A stretch of 64,000 nucleotides of DNA from an uncultured bacterium (GTDB lineage: Bacteria; Verrucomicrobiota; Verrucomicrobiia; Limisphaerales; UBA8199): the NCBI GenBank assembly GCA_963749495.1, contig CAVVMW010000001.1:64001-128000 (forward strand), written 5' to 3'. Positions within the stretch are counted from its first letter, which is position 1, and each line of letters starts with the position of its first letter. The notes under the pieces were generated by a model. The model searched no databases and was not told where the DNA came from. It was given only the letters and a program-made list of their open reading frames with translations. Below are positions 30,644 to 41,399 of this stretch, piece after piece. Made by a program: the position numbers and the translations under genes.

Positions 30644-33472
30644 CTAGGGTTTGACCAGACCCGCCTTGTTCAGGTCGAGCCTATCGACTGGGATCACTTC
30701 GGCATTCGGGAACTGGTTTTTCAATTTGGCCAGGAATTGGCGGGCGTCGCCGACGATGATGATGCTGGCATCGTCGGCTGGGAGGTTCTTGGCGGCAAAG
30801 CGCTGAATCTGCGCCGCCGTGACCTTTTGCACGCGCGGGAGGTAGTCATTCAAGGAGGACAGAGGCAGGTTGCAGGCCATCAAGGAGGCGACGGCGGAAA
30901 CCAACCCGGCGCCGGTCTCCAATTTGCGCGCATAATTGCCGGAGAGGGCCGCTTTGCGGGGGAAGAGTTCGCCGGTAGGGACCGGTTCTGCCGCCAGGCG
31001 GGTCAACTCCGCTTTCAGCAGGGCCGCCACCTCCGGCGCGGCGTCGTTGCGGGTCTGCGCGGACGCGGAGAAGAACCCGCTGTCCTTTCGCGCGTCCAGG
31101 GCGCTGTGCGCGCCGTAGGACAGACCGCGCTTGATACGGACTTCCTGATTCAGTCGGGAGGAATATCCCTCGCCCAACACGCCATTGGCCACGCGCCCGA
31201 CGGCATAATCCTTATTGGCGCGGCGAATCGTGGGGCGGACGACGCACACCGCCGCCTGGCCCGCGTCAGGCTTGTCCACCACCACCACGCGCCCGCCTTT
31301 TTGCGCGGCAGCGGACTGCGGCGCGGGGGGCGGCGCGATGCGCGAGGCCTTCCACTCCCCGAAATACTTCGCGGCGTACGCGAAGGCGGCATCCGCGGTG
31401 ATGTCCCCGCCGAAGACCAATACCGTGTTTTGCGGCTGATAGCGGCCCTTGTAGAAACGGTTGATTTGCCCGGCGTCCAACGATTTCATGGTTTCGGGCG
31501 TCCCGTTTGGCGAATGACCATAGCCGCTGTCGCCGAAGACGACGCGGGAGGCGGTCAAGCGGGCTAGTGTCCCCGGTTCGCGCAGGCTCACCGCGAGACC
31601 GTCCAGGGACTGGGACCGCAAGCGTTCGATTTCCTCCGCGGCGAAGGCCGGGGAGCGCAGAACTTCCGCGAACGTTGGCAGAGCGCCGGCCAGACGCCAA
31701 GACAGGGATGACAAACTGACATTGGCGCTGTCCCAACCCGCCCCGGAGTCAAGGGAACCGCCCAAGGCTTCCACGGTCTCGGCAATTTGCGGTGCGGTGC
31801 GCGTCTTGGTCCCGCGGGTGAGCAACGACGCGGCAAAATCCGCAAGACCCGCCGCGCCGTTTGGGTCGAATACGCTGCCCGCCCGGACCCCGGCCGAGAC
31901 GCTGACCAGACCCGTGCCGGGGCGCGGGATAACAACGACGCGGACGCCGTTTGGCAGTTTCCTCTCTATCGGCGTCGGGAAGGCCGCGGGGCGCGGAGCG
32001 GCGGGGGGAGGCGGCGTTTCCTGCGGCGTGAATGCGGCGGAGACCGCGGGCGGGGCCGCTTTGGGGGCATTACTCTGCCCGCCCTGCTCTTCCTTGCCAT
32101 TCTCATAGCGGATAACGACGCGGTTCTCCGGCATGAAGTATTTCTGTGCGACGCGCCGCACATCGGCGGCGGTTACGGCCTCCAAGCTGGCGATGGCGGT
32201 GTTGACGCGTTCCGGGTCGCCGAAACTCACCGCGGCCTCGCCCAGCGCGAACGCCTGGCCCTGGGCGGTCTCCCGCGCTCGCAGCACATCGGACAGCAGG
32301 AGGTTGCGGGCTTTCTCCAGTTCGGCGGCCGTCACGGGTTCTGTTTTGAGTTTCTCCAGTTCGGCGAGCGCCGCCAGTTCGGCGTCCGCGGCCGATTTTC
32401 CGCCCGCCGTGACAATGTTCAACTCGAATAACCCGGCGCCATCGCGCAGATCAGCCTGCGCACCCGCCTCCACCGCGATCTGCTGGCGATAGACCAGTGA
32501 CTGATTCAACCGGGACGATTCGCCCCGGCTTAGAATCACCTCAGCGACCCGCAGGGGGTCCGTATCTCGGCTTTTGCGCGGCGGCAACAGGTAGGTGATG
32601 GCGGTGGCGGGCAGCGGCACATTGGGGGCGCTCGTGTTGAAGCGGGCCTCCTTTGCGCGGGCGGGTTCGGCCACCGTGACGCGGGGAATCTCCGTTGCGG
32701 GCTTTGCGATGCGTCCGAAATACCTGTCCACCCAGGCGTCCAGTTGCCCCGGGTCGAAGTCGCCCGAGACGATCAGCGTTGCGTTATCGGGGCGGTAGTA
32801 GGTCTCATGGAACTTTCGCACGTCCTCGATGGTCGCCGAATCCAGGTCGGCTATCGAACCGATTACGCCGCGCTTGTAGGGGTGAACGGCGAACGAGTGC
32901 TGGTTCACGTAAAGCTCAAGCCGGCCATACGGCCTGGCAAGAATGCTCTGGCGGTATTCCTCCTCGACAACCGCCCGCTCCGAGACAAAGTTCGCGTTGT
33001 CGACGCTCAGATTCGCCATCCGGTCCGCCTCGGCCCAAATCAGCGGCTCCAAATAGTTGGAGGGAACCGTCTCGTGATAAACTGTCACATCGTCCTGGGT
33101 GAAGGCGTTGTTCGCTCCGCCGACGTCCTCGGTCAGGCGGTCGAAGTTTTCGCTCTTCTGGTTCCTCGTGGATTTGAACATCATATGTTCAAACAGGTGG
33201 GCAAACCCGGACCGGCCCGCGGGGTCGTCCTTGCCCCCCACGTGATACCAGACCTGAATCGCCACAGTCGGACTCCGATGGTTTTCGATGGAAAGAACCG
33301 TCAACCCGTTGGCGAGCGCCCGCTGCCGATATTTGAGGGGCGCGATTTTCAACGACGCCGGGGCGAGGTCCGTTTGCGCTCGGACCGGGGGCCAAACGCC
33401 CTGCAAAACTCCCAGAACCGCGCCGGCCCAAACCGCGCGAACGAACAAACCGGAAAAATTCGCTGCTTTCAT
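30644..33472 (-). CDS. M16 (pitrilysin/PqqL-like) zinc peptidase, secreted
   Basis: HLFEH inverted zinc motif; two M16 halves; signal peptide. Confidence 0.95.
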   Translation of the reverse strand: MKAANFSGLFVRAVWAGAVLGVLQGVWPPVRAQTDLAPASLKIAPLKYRQRALANGLTVLSIENHRSPTVAIQVWYHVGGKDDPAGRSGFAHLFEHMMFKSTRNQKSENFDRLTEDVGGANNAFTQDDVTVYHETVPSNYLEPLIWAEADRMANLSVDNANFVSERAVVEEEYRQSILARPYGRLELYVNQHSFAVHPYKRGVIGSIADLDSATIEDVRKFHETYYRPDNATLIVSGDFDPGQLDAWVDRYFGRIAKPATEIPRVTVAEPARAKEARFNTSAPNVPLPATAITYLLPPRKSRDTDPLRVAEVILSRGESSRLNQSLVYRQQIAVEAGAQADLRDGAGLFELNIVTAGGKSAADAELAALAELEKLKTEPVTAAELEKARNLLLSDVLRARETAQGQAFALGEAAVSFGDPERVNTAIASLEAVTAADVRRVAQKYFMPENRVVIRYENGKEEQGGQSNAPKAAPPAVSAAFTPQETPPPPAAPRPAAFPTPIERKLPNGVRVVVIPRPGTGLVSVSAGVRAGSVFDPNGAAGLADFAASLLTRGTKTRTAPQIAETVEALGGSLDSGAGWDSANVSLSSLSWRLAGALPTFAEVLRSPAFAAEEIERLRSQSLDGLAVSLREPGTLARLTASRVVFGDSGYGHSPNGTPETMKSLDAGQINRFYKGRYQPQNTVLVFGGDITADAAFAYAAKYFGEWKASRIAPPPAPQSAAAQKGGRVVVVDKPDAGQAAVCVVRPTIRRANKDYAVGRVANGVLGEGYSSRLNQEVRIKRGLSYGAHSALDARKDSGFFSASAQTRNDAAPEVAALLKAELTRLAAEPVPTGELFPRKAALSGNYARKLETGAGLVSAVASLMACNLPLSSLNDYLPRVQKVTAAQIQRFAAKNLPADDASIIIVGDARQFLAKLKNQFPNAEVIPVDRLDLNKAGLVKP

Positions 33473-33519
33473 GCGGATATGAGTCCTTGTTTTTCACACT
33501 TTTGTCAACGTGCAGGTTG

Positions 33520-33802
33520 CATGGAAGGTGCGATTAAAACTGTGGGGCATGCGTTCCGCTAGTTTTGTCCCGGAGGGACATGTGACAATAGCCCGGCGTT
33601 TCAACGCCGGGGAAGCCGCAGAAGGGACCCTCGTCCCGAAAGGACGACTGAGAACACGCCCCGCTTTCAGCCGTCCCTTCGGGACGGACCAGCTCCTTGG
33701 GTCCGCTCACCCGGCGTTGAAACGCCGGGCTATTCTCTGATGTCCCTCCGGGACAGAACTCCCGAGGCCCATGCCCGACGGTTTTAATCGCACCCTCTCA
33801 TG
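33520..33802. repeat. Nested REP-like palindromic element
   Basis: Outer IR GGTGCGATTAAAAC/GTTTTAATCGCACC encloses GTCCCGGAGGGAC..AATAGCCCGGCGTTTCAACGCCGGG and its inverse; the inner family recurs at ~59802-59985. Confidence 0.8.
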
Positions 33803-33983
33803 GAAGCATCAGTTCCCGCTTTTCAAACGGGTTGACCGTCGCGTGTTTTCCGGCAGACCCAATTACTAACAAGGCCGCTTTGGAGCTTTCGGGGTGCGAC
33901 AATGGGGTCAACATTTCCACCCTTGGCCCTTGCGACGCCGCCGCTTCCTGTGCTGGCCTGGCGAGAACACCTCAGCAGAATCT

Positions 33984-35462
33984 TTAGGGCGAGAGCATCA
34001 CCCGGTAAAACCGCCGTGGGGCGTTCGTGACGGAGTCGGTGGCGCTGAGCGTCGCGCCGGTTGCGGTGACGGCGCTGCCCAAGTCGGTCCAGTTGGTCCA
34101 ACTCAAGTCGGAACTGCACTGCGGCTGATAGGTCCCTCCAGCCTCCGTGCTCCAAGTCAGACCCAGCGCGCCGTTGGTCAGAGTCAGGGCCTGGAGCACC
34201 GGCGCCGCCGGCACAATAGTCAGCCGGAAAACCGTCCCATTGGTGTAGGTGCCGCCGAGGTAAGTCGTGCCATAGAAATTGCCGTCCCTGCCCTGAACGA
34301 GAGCGGCCTGGGGATTTGCGCCATCCAGGGCCTCGCCACTCGCATTAGTAATCGAGCCGAAAGCATAAAGGGTCGTCAGCGCCCCATTGGTGCTGATCTT
34401 GAACGCGGTGCCCCGGCCGTTTGTGCCGCCGTTTTGGGTCGTGCCATAGAAATTGCCGTCCCTGCCCTGCACCAGCCCATTGGGACCCGCGCCATCATTG
34501 CGGCCGGTGAATGAATACAAACTGGTCAGCGCCCCACTGGGGCTGATTTTGAACACGGTGTCTCCTGCTGTGCCATAGAAATAGCCGTCGCTGCCCTGAA
34601 CGAGAGCGGCGTCGGGATGTGCGCCATCATTGCCGCCGGTGAATGAATACAAACTGGCCAGCGCCCCACTGGGGCTGATTTTGAACACGGTGCCATCGCC
34701 ATTCGTGCCGCCGTATCCGGTCGTGCCGTAGAAATTCGCGTCACTGCCCTGCACCAGCGCGGCCATGGGCCATAAGCCATCCTTGCCGCCGGTGAATGAA
34801 TACAAACTGGTCAGCGCCCCACTGGGGCTGATTTTGAACACAGTGCCCGCGCTGTTAGTTCCGCCCTGGCCTGTCGTGCCATAGAAATTGCCGTCGCTGC
34901 CCTCCACTAGCGCGGCGTCTGGATACCAGCCATCCTCGCTGGTGAATGAATACAAACTGGTCAGCGCCCCACTGGGGCTGATTTTGAACACGGTGCCAGG
35001 TCCCCCGTACGGTGACTCGATGTTTCCTTGTGTCGTGCCGTAGAAATTGCCGTCGCTCCCCTCCACCAGGCCACTGGCACCCGCGGGGAACGCGGTCGCA
35101 GCAGGGAAAGAATACAAACTGGTCAGCGCCCCATTGGGGCTGATTTTGAAGACGGTGCCATAACCGTGAATGTCGGCCGTGTTCCCAGGGGGCTCATGGA
35201 TGTGGTTCGTTAGGCCGCCGCTCCAAGTTGTGCCATAGAAATTGCCGTCGCTGCCTTGCACGAGCGCGGCGTCTGGATTTGCGCCATCGGTGCCAGCGAA
35301 AGAATGCAAAGTGGTTAAGACCACCCCGGCCTGTGCCCCAAAAAGCGGCAGCGCGAGCGCGGCTGCCCAGAGCAGTCGCACCTTGCTGGCGCAGGCTGCG
35401 CTCAAGCGGGTGGTCATCGTCTCCGGGCAGGTTGTTCTGGCAGTTGAGGTTTGTGTTTTCAT
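33984..35462 (-). CDS. Secreted GloVer-type tandem-repeat protein
   Basis: LVQGSDGNFYGTT..GG....GTVFKISPSGALTSLYSF repeats; C-terminal RRFYRV. Confidence 0.9.
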   Translation of the reverse strand: MKTQTSTARTTCPETMTTRLSAACASKVRLLWAAALALPLFGAQAGVVLTTLHSFAGTDGANPDAALVQGSDGNFYGTTWSGGLTNHIHEPPGNTADIHGYGTVFKISPNGALTSLYSFPAATAFPAGASGLVEGSDGNFYGTTQGNIESPYGGPGTVFKISPSGALTSLYSFTSEDGWYPDAALVEGSDGNFYGTTGQGGTNSAGTVFKISPSGALTSLYSFTGGKDGLWPMAALVQGSDANFYGTTGYGGTNGDGTVFKISPSGALASLYSFTGGNDGAHPDAALVQGSDGYFYGTAGDTVFKISPSGALTSLYSFTGRNDGAGPNGLVQGRDGNFYGTTQNGGTNGRGTAFKISTNGALTTLYAFGSITNASGEALDGANPQAALVQGRDGNFYGTTYLGGTYTNGTVFRLTIVPAAPVLQALTLTNGALGLTWSTEAGGTYQPQCSSDLSWTNWTDLGSAVTATGATLSATDSVTNAPRRFYRVMLSP

Positions 35463-35668
35463 AGTTTTCGACCTCCTGGATTGATAGCCGATAGAATTTG
35501 CTCTTTGAGGCGCCGCCTCTCCATCGAGGCTGCGGGCATGAGGGAGAATGGAAAAAGCATTGTTCGTCTTCGTAGCATGCCGAACAGGCGGCCACCATGC
35601 CGGACGCGGGTGTGAGCTCCCCCGCGGTGAGCACTCCACTCATGCTCGCCCGAAGCCCATCTCGCAAT

Positions 35669-35762
35669 TGCCGCCGCCAATTCCATAATCACCCGGCACC
35701 CGAACAAGACCGCCACGAAACCGGCAAACCCTGGCGCCCCCGACGCTGAGTTCTACCCGGTT
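35669..35762 (-). promoter_or_regulatory. Conserved ~95 nt upstream motif, copy 2
   Basis: Similar to 13828-13920, at a comparable distance (~200-300 nt) from the start codon. Confidence 0.55.
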
Positions 35763-35855
35763 GCCCCGTCCATTATCAGAAATGAAATCCCAGGAGGTGT
35801 CAAGTAGGATCTTTCAAGGTTCATCGCCGCGAAGTTGCATCCCGGTTCTGCCCCC

Positions 35856-36210
35856 GGAGTGCGCCCGTGCCCGTGCGCAGCAGCGACGGAGCGGGCAGGC
35901 CCACTGGAGTGCTTGACCGCTGCCCTGGCTCCGGACGTCGCTGCGCCCGGGACGGGCGCACTCCGGTCCCGCCCCGACGGTGGGGGCAGTGTCGGGAAGC
36001 GCCCCAGGGCCGAAGGCCCGCCATGTGATAGCCCGGGCTGGAGCGGAGCGGAGGCCCGGGTAAGCCAGTGCCCCTCGAAAAGGCCGGGCCTGTAAGGCCG
36101 GGACCTTATGGCGCCCCTACAGGGCACGCCAGATTCTGGCGCGATGACCTGGGCCTTCGCTCGCAAGCTCGCTCCAGCCCAGGCTGTCACATTTCGGGCT
36201 TTCAGCCCGA
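35856..36210. repeat. Cluster of REP-like palindromes
   Basis: GGAGTGCGCCCGT..ACGGGCGCACTCC, followed by a GGGCCGAAGGCCCG..TGTGATAGCC / GGCTGTCACA..CGGGCTTTCAGCCC pair. Confidence 0.7.
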
Positions 36211-36717
36211 GGACGGGCGCATCTCGGGCGCAGTCTAGGGATGCGCCCGCCCGCCGCCGCGCCGATACGGACCGGGAGCGGTTCGGTCTGATTTTAACAA
36301 TGCCATTCGAGTCAGAGTTCATTTTCAGTGCGGCAGCCCATCTGCCCACCACTAATCAATACGAGATTCCGGGGAGAAAAGGGTCAAAGATGTTTCGAAG
36401 AACGCAAAGAACGCAAAGAAACGCGTTCATCCTCGGCCTGGTCCTGTTGCAGGTCGTGTTGTTCCTGCTGGTGCTGCTCTTTTTGCCCAAGCGGTGAGCG
36501 GCCAATGGGGCCCTGCGCGACCAAGCTCGCGAAGCGTTTTGGACTGCCGCAGTCCAAAACCTTGCGGGCTTCTCCACCTCTGCCTCGCGGCCCTTTGGGC
36601 CGGGGATTGACTGCCGCAGGTTGCAGCTTGGGTTCGCAGCCGTATTGGGCCCAAGGGCAAAAAGAAAGTTGAAGAATATTGTTGACACAAATCAGTTTGC
36701 AGTGCAAACTAGATTGT

Positions 36718-37365
36718 ATGAAAGATCAACTTCGGAATTACATGGACCGCCCCAAGCGTTACGAGAACATCGACGGGACCGGCGAGATGAGCATGGGCGT
36801 GATGCTGCTGTGCTTTGCCTTCGTGGGCTACGTGTCGGCCGTCCTGCCAGAGTGTGCGCTGTGGCGGAAGAACGGGCTCGCCACTTTCACCTTCCTCCCG
36901 GTAGTCTTCATACCGCTCTGGGCTTTCCAACACTGGGGAGTGAAAGCCATCAAGAAGCGCTTCACCTGGCCGCGCACCGGCTATGTCGCCCACCGCCGAA
37001 GCGGATGGGACTGGTGGATGTTGGTTGCCGTGGTCGCCGTGCTTGGGGCGGGTTCCGCCTGCCTGATGGCGCTCGCAAGGCGGTTCCATGCGCTGAGCCT
37101 TGAGCGGGGGGTCTATCTGGCCGTCCTGCTGGCGGTGTACGCGTTCTTTGTCTCCCGCTGGAGCAGGGAACACGCGTGGAAATGGCTGGTGGTCATCTTT
37201 ATGGGGCTGGGGCTGCTGGCGATTGGTCTCGTCGTGCCCGGAGGCGCTGTCCAGTCGTTCCCGCCTGCGGCGTTGTTCCTTGGCCTTGTATGGCTTGGGT
37301 CCGGCCTGGCCACTCTGTATTCCTACGTTCGGCACACACAACTGCCCGCCCCTGAAGCAGAATGA
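36718..37365 (+). CDS. Multi-TM membrane protein
   Basis: About 6 hydrophobic helices; KKRFTWPRTGYV motif; coupled to the wHTH gene. Confidence 0.8.
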   Translation: MKDQLRNYMDRPKRYENIDGTGEMSMGVMLLCFAFVGYVSAVLPECALWRKNGLATFTFLPVVFIPLWAFQHWGVKAIKKRFTWPRTGYVAHRRSGWDWWMLVAVVAVLGAGSACLMALARRFHALSLERGVYLAVLLAVYAFFVSRWSREHAWKWLVVIFMGLGLLAIGLVVPGGAVQSFPPAALFLGLVWLGSGLATLYSYVRHTQLPAPEAE

Positions 37366-37715
37366 ACGAGCAACTTCGAGCTATTTCCGAACTGGACCGG
37401 GTCATTCATGAACCCGCGCGGCTGATGATCGTGGCCCTGCTCGCGGTGGTGAAGGAATGCGACTTCCTCTACCTGCTGCACGAAACCGAGATGAGCAATG
37501 GCAACCTGTCCAGCCACCTCACCCGGTTGGAAGAGGCCGGCTACGTCGAAATCGAGAAGACGTATCGCGGCAAGGTGCCCCAGACCCTGTTGCGGCTGAC
37601 GCGCGCCGGCCGCGCGGCGTTCGAGCATTACCGCAAGGCATTGAAGGCCGCGTTTTCAGCCGCACGCTCCGTTCCTCAGGCCGGGGGGGCCGGGGGAGCC
37701 GTCCAGATCCGTTGA
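37362..37715 (+). CDS. Winged-helix transcriptional regulator (HTH_34/ArsR-like)
   Basis: LDRVIHEPARL.I, GNLSSHL..LEEAGYV...K, LT..GR.AF..Y. Confidence 0.92.
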   Translation: MNEQLRAISELDRVIHEPARLMIVALLAVVKECDFLYLLHETEMSNGNLSSHLTRLEEAGYVEIEKTYRGKVPQTLLRLTRAGRAAFEHYRKALKAAFSAARSVPQAGGAGGAVQIR

Positions 37716-37928
37716 TTCCTGTGTTACGCCCACCGAAAGGAGGGCCGTTGCCAAGGCCTGCGCCGCACTGGCCTCCACCGCCCGCGAGCGGGGAGTTTGG
37801 GTTTTAAGGGAGGCAAAACCGACAATGTCTTCTGTTCTTGAATCAAAGCCAGGCAGCGCTCTATAAAGGGGCATGCAAAAAGACCTTGGGCCCGACCGTT
37901 GGGCTTTGGCTGTTCACGTTAGCTGCCG

Positions 37929-40184
37929 TTGGGTGCCTCTAAGCCAGGTCTGCTCCTTGAAGCTGCGCCCGGGCTTCGACGCTTTCTTTGCCGCACACGG
38001 GGGCAAGCGCCCCAGGACGGGGATCAAAAGGCGCCAGGGTGCCAGAAAGTCAATACGGTGAGCTCATGGGGCGAGGACCAGCGGCACTCATCGGTTTCCG
38101 ATGAGGTTCGAGGATCGATTCGGACGGTGGCCGAGCAGATCCATGGCGCCGGAAACTGCCACGCCATCATGCTGGGTACACACGCGATCTGGCTCCTGGT
38201 CAGCAGTCGGGCTTTCGGAGGGACTGTTGCCTTGCTGGCGGCACTGGCCGAGAGCTTCACGAAAGAGGCAGCGGTCTTGCGCGCAGCTTATTCCTCTGCG
38301 GATGGAATCGGGGCCTTGGGCCGAGGCTGGGCGTTGCTCCGGGCCGGCAGGCCCGGAGAGGCCGGCGAGTCATTCGGGGCCGTCCCTTCCTTGGACGGCG
38401 CGGGGGGGATGATTTCCTGCGTGGCGAAGTGCGGGCAAACGATGGCCTCGGCGTTGAGCAACAAACATCGACTTGCGAAGAACCAACTTGCCGCGGCCCG
38501 CGCGATTGCCCCTGGCTTTGCGACGCCGGACCCCGGTTTGCTGGGCTGGCTGGACTTTACGGAGGCCCTGAGCCTGTACCGGCGAGGCCGCTACGCTGCG
38601 GCGCTCGAGAAGATCGCGCGGAGCCACCGGGCGTTTCGGTCGCCGTTTGCCCCCGAGATCTGGGACTTTCCGGGGTTCGAGGCGGAGGTTCTGCTCCTGG
38701 AAGCGAAGACCCTTCGGGAAATGGCCTTGTATGGCCAGGCGTTGGACGCGGCTCGCGACGATGTGGAACTGCGCGAACAGAACAACGATTTACAGGGCCT
38801 GGTCTGGGCATTGGTCGAGGAGGCGCGCATCCTTCGATTCATGTCGAACCTCAAGGACGCGCGCCGCCAGTTGCGCAGGGCCCAGCGTTTGCTGCAAACC
38901 ACGGACCATTGGGATTTGTTGTCGCGGGTGGAGGACCAACTCGGCGACCTGGCGCGTGGTGAAGGGGACCTGGCCCGAGCCGAGCGGCATTACCTGGAGG
39001 CGGAGCGGTTAGGGCGCCAAACGGACGACCCCAAGCTGCGAGGCCACGTGGCGAATTCCCGCGCCCGCTTGCTGGAGGATCAGAACCGAGGCCAAGAGGC
39101 ATTGGACCTCCTGCGGCGGCACCAAGACACCTGGCGCGGGTCCAGGGCCCTCGGCAAGTACCTCTACCTCAAAGGCAGCCTCCACTTCCGCGTCGGCGAC
39201 GAAGCGGAGGCGGAGCGGTGCCTCGTTCGAGCGGTTGCCACGTTGCGCCACTGCGGCATGCAAAGCTATGAAGCCCTGGCGCATTGGCGCCTGGCCGAGG
39301 TGCTGCTGACACAGGGCAAGAAGGAGGAGGCTTGCCGCGAATGGGCGGCCGCCCTGCGTATCGCCCCGCGAGTTGAAGCCGAGGCCTTCCTGCGCAAGAT
39401 GCAGGAGCGCGTTCGTGAGCTGCGGGCGGTTGATTTGCTGGAGGTGGTGTCCCAGTTGCTCGAGGAACGCGCGCGGCTACAGGCCCAATCCCAGGAGGTT
39501 CGCGCAGAAGCGGCACAAGCTGAGGACCGCAGTTTTCACGAGCGGTACGCGATAGGCCATTGGCTCATTCGGCCTTTGGGGGCCAGCCTCCGGGCCTCCA
39601 AGCCGCCGCCTGAGGGTCTGCCGCCGGTCTTAAAACAGTTCTGCCTGCTGCTGGACAACGCCGTCTGGTTCAGCCAGGAACTCGCCCGTTCGCCGGCGCG
39701 CCCGCTTGAAGACATCGATGTTCCGAGCCTAATCCAGGGCCTGTTAGGCGGAGCGGGGGATCTGGGGCAGGACTTCAAAGTCCTGCTGCCGGATAACCCG
39801 GTGATTGTTCGATCACAACGCCTCTACCTGGGGCAAGCCTTGCTGGCGCTGTTCCGCGGGGCCAAAACGGCTTTCGGGACACGGCAGATGCGCTTGCTTT
39901 TGTCCACGCCCGACGGCGTCGGTTCGCCCGGCATTTTGCGCTTCGTGCTGGAGAGTCCGGCGCCGGCGGGGTTCGAGCACGCTGCGCGATTGGTGGCGCT
40001 GGATTCGGCCCCGGACGATCCGAAATTGGCGGGGTTTTTCAAGAAAGGTTACACGGGCGATTTCACGCTCTTGGATTTTCTGGTCGGCGTGGCCTTGTGG
40101 GGCAAGCTGACCTTCGACACCCCGACAAGCAGTGTCAACCTCACCCTTCCGGGCCGCGAAAGAAAGGAGAAGGACCATGATTGA
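37929..40184 (+). CDS. TPR-repeat protein with a degenerate histidine-kinase-like C-terminus (start uncertain, perhaps 38169)
   Basis: Multiple TPR-like helices, coiled coil, H-box-like IGHWLIRPL, weak N/G-box remnants. Confidence 0.7.
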   Translation: MGASKPGLLLEAAPGLRRFLCRTRGQAPQDGDQKAPGCQKVNTVSSWGEDQRHSSVSDEVRGSIRTVAEQIHGAGNCHAIMLGTHAIWLLVSSRAFGGTVALLAALAESFTKEAAVLRAAYSSADGIGALGRGWALLRAGRPGEAGESFGAVPSLDGAGGMISCVAKCGQTMASALSNKHRLAKNQLAAARAIAPGFATPDPGLLGWLDFTEALSLYRRGRYAAALEKIARSHRAFRSPFAPEIWDFPGFEAEVLLLEAKTLREMALYGQALDAARDDVELREQNNDLQGLVWALVEEARILRFMSNLKDARRQLRRAQRLLQTTDHWDLLSRVEDQLGDLARGEGDLARAERHYLEAERLGRQTDDPKLRGHVANSRARLLEDQNRGQEALDLLRRHQDTWRGSRALGKYLYLKGSLHFRVGDEAEAERCLVRAVATLRHCGMQSYEALAHWRLAEVLLTQGKKEEACREWAAALRIAPRVEAEAFLRKMQERVRELRAVDLLEVVSQLLEERARLQAQSQEVRAEAAQAEDRSFHERYAIGHWLIRPLGASLRASKPPPEGLPPVLKQFCLLLDNAVWFSQELARSPARPLEDIDVPSLIQGLLGGAGDLGQDFKVLLPDNPVIVRSQRLYLGQALLALFRGAKTAFGTRQMRLLLSTPDGVGSPGILRFVLESPAPAGFEHAARLVALDSAPDDPKLAGFFKKGYTGDFTLLDFLVGVALWGKLTFDTPTSSVNLTLPGRERKEKDHD

Positions 40185-40683
40185 TCCCATTGAACCGAGG
40201 CCAAAGACCATCCTATTCATCGAAGATCAAGAGTTGCACTACGAGCAAGTGGCTGCCTATCTGCGGCTGCACGGCTACCAGTGCCGGCGAATTGCCCGGG
40301 CGGGAGCCTGGCAGATCCGGCGCACAGCCCTCGAACTCCAACCGGTTGCGGCCGTGGTCGACTTTGTTCTCTTGAGCACGTCGCAACGCAAATTGGACAG
40401 GCTGGCAGAGGACCACCTCCGTCGCCAACCTGAAGTTGCCCCGGAGGACGCGTCCATTGGCGAGGAGCATTATGGGATCGAAAGCATTCCCATCCTGCGC
40501 GCGGCTTGCCCAGGGATAAAAATCCTGGTTTGCACCCAATACGCCAAGCCAGACGAACTGTCCAGGCAAGCGCTGTTGTATAAGGCGGACGCCGGCGTCC
40601 CCAAGCAACGCGACCAGGAGGGAAAACTCCTGGACCGCAACGCCCAGGAGATCGCGGCCAAGGTCCGGGAGTTGGTCGAGTGA
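40177..40683 (+). CDS. Stand-alone response-regulator receiver domain
   Basis: ILFIED, AVVD, ILVCT, GVPK receiver signature; overlaps the upstream stop. Confidence 0.8.
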   Translation: MIDPIEPRPKTILFIEDQELHYEQVAAYLRLHGYQCRRIARAGAWQIRRTALELQPVAAVVDFVLLSTSQRKLDRLAEDHLRRQPEVAPEDASIGEEHYGIESIPILRAACPGIKILVCTQYAKPDELSRQALLYKADAGVPKQRDQEGKLLDRNAQEIAAKVRELVE

Positions 40684-40840
40684 CCGCGCACAGGCCCCGG
40701 GGAACCTGTTCATCCGGGCGGTTTGCTCCCGGGCGATTCGCCCGCATCGCGCGCGCGGCCCTGGAAGCGCAGCAAAAGCGGGCGGAGTGGATGGCCGGAC
40801 AGAAACGGTCAGCGCGGAGGGAAATCAGCCCGCGATTGGA

Positions 40841-41131
40841 TCAGGCCTGAGGTGGGACAATCCGATAGCCCAGTTTCAGAATCGCCTTCAACGTGCCGAG
40901 TGCCGCGACGCGGTCGCATTCCTTTTCGCTCTCCGGCAAGTCCGCGTAGGGGACAAGGCAGGGGTGGAGCTTCCGTGTGTCGTCCCGGTGGGGGCCAAAG
41001 CGCCAGCCTTGGGCGAGCCGTTGGGAAGCCCAAAGATCGTGGGCATTCTCAGCGAGGCGCTCGATTAGCGGCAAGAGAGCGGGAAGAAGGTCCACACCCC
41101 CGGTCGCAATGGGTTGAGGCTGGTAGCTCAT
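40841..41131 (-). CDS. Stand-alone RyR-domain protein (96 aa)
   Basis: Y.PQPI....V.L...L..LIERLAENAHDLWA..R..QGWRFGP.RDD..KLHPCLVPYADLPESEKE.DR is the classic RyR repeat. Confidence 0.93.
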   Translation of the reverse strand: MSYQPQPIATGGVDLLPALLPLIERLAENAHDLWASQRLAQGWRFGPHRDDTRKLHPCLVPYADLPESEKECDRVAALGTLKAILKLGYRIVPPQA

Positions 41132-41237
41132 GGGCCGCATGGTAAAGACGGGGTGAACCTTTGAAAAGCACGAAGAAACGTCGCGAGATCCTCGGGGTGC
41201 ATCTTGACCGGACCACCACGCCCGAACGCCTAAGGAT

Positions 41238-41399
41238 TGGAGCGCGGACTTCAGTCCGCTTATGGCGTCCGACGGCTCGCCCGGCGCGGGTATCTTCCGA
41301 GGCCGGTCCTCCGGCCGCTTCCCTGAACGTTGAACACCTCAGCCGGATCAAGCGCGGGGTGGTGCTTGGGCGGCCTAAGCGGACTAAAGTCCGCGCTCC
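41238..41399. repeat. REP-like inverted repeat GGAGCGCGGACTTyAGTCCGCTT
   Basis: Visible IR between the RyR genes. Confidence 0.75.

Noticed and set aside
34280..35280. Regular ~120-170 bp repeats as a CRISPR array
   Set aside because: They are in-frame coding repeats of a GloVer-type protein; no unique spacers or cas genes.
36389..36497. Small hydrophobic peptide ORF
   Set aside because: Starts within a repeat (GAACGCAAA x2) and has no supporting context.
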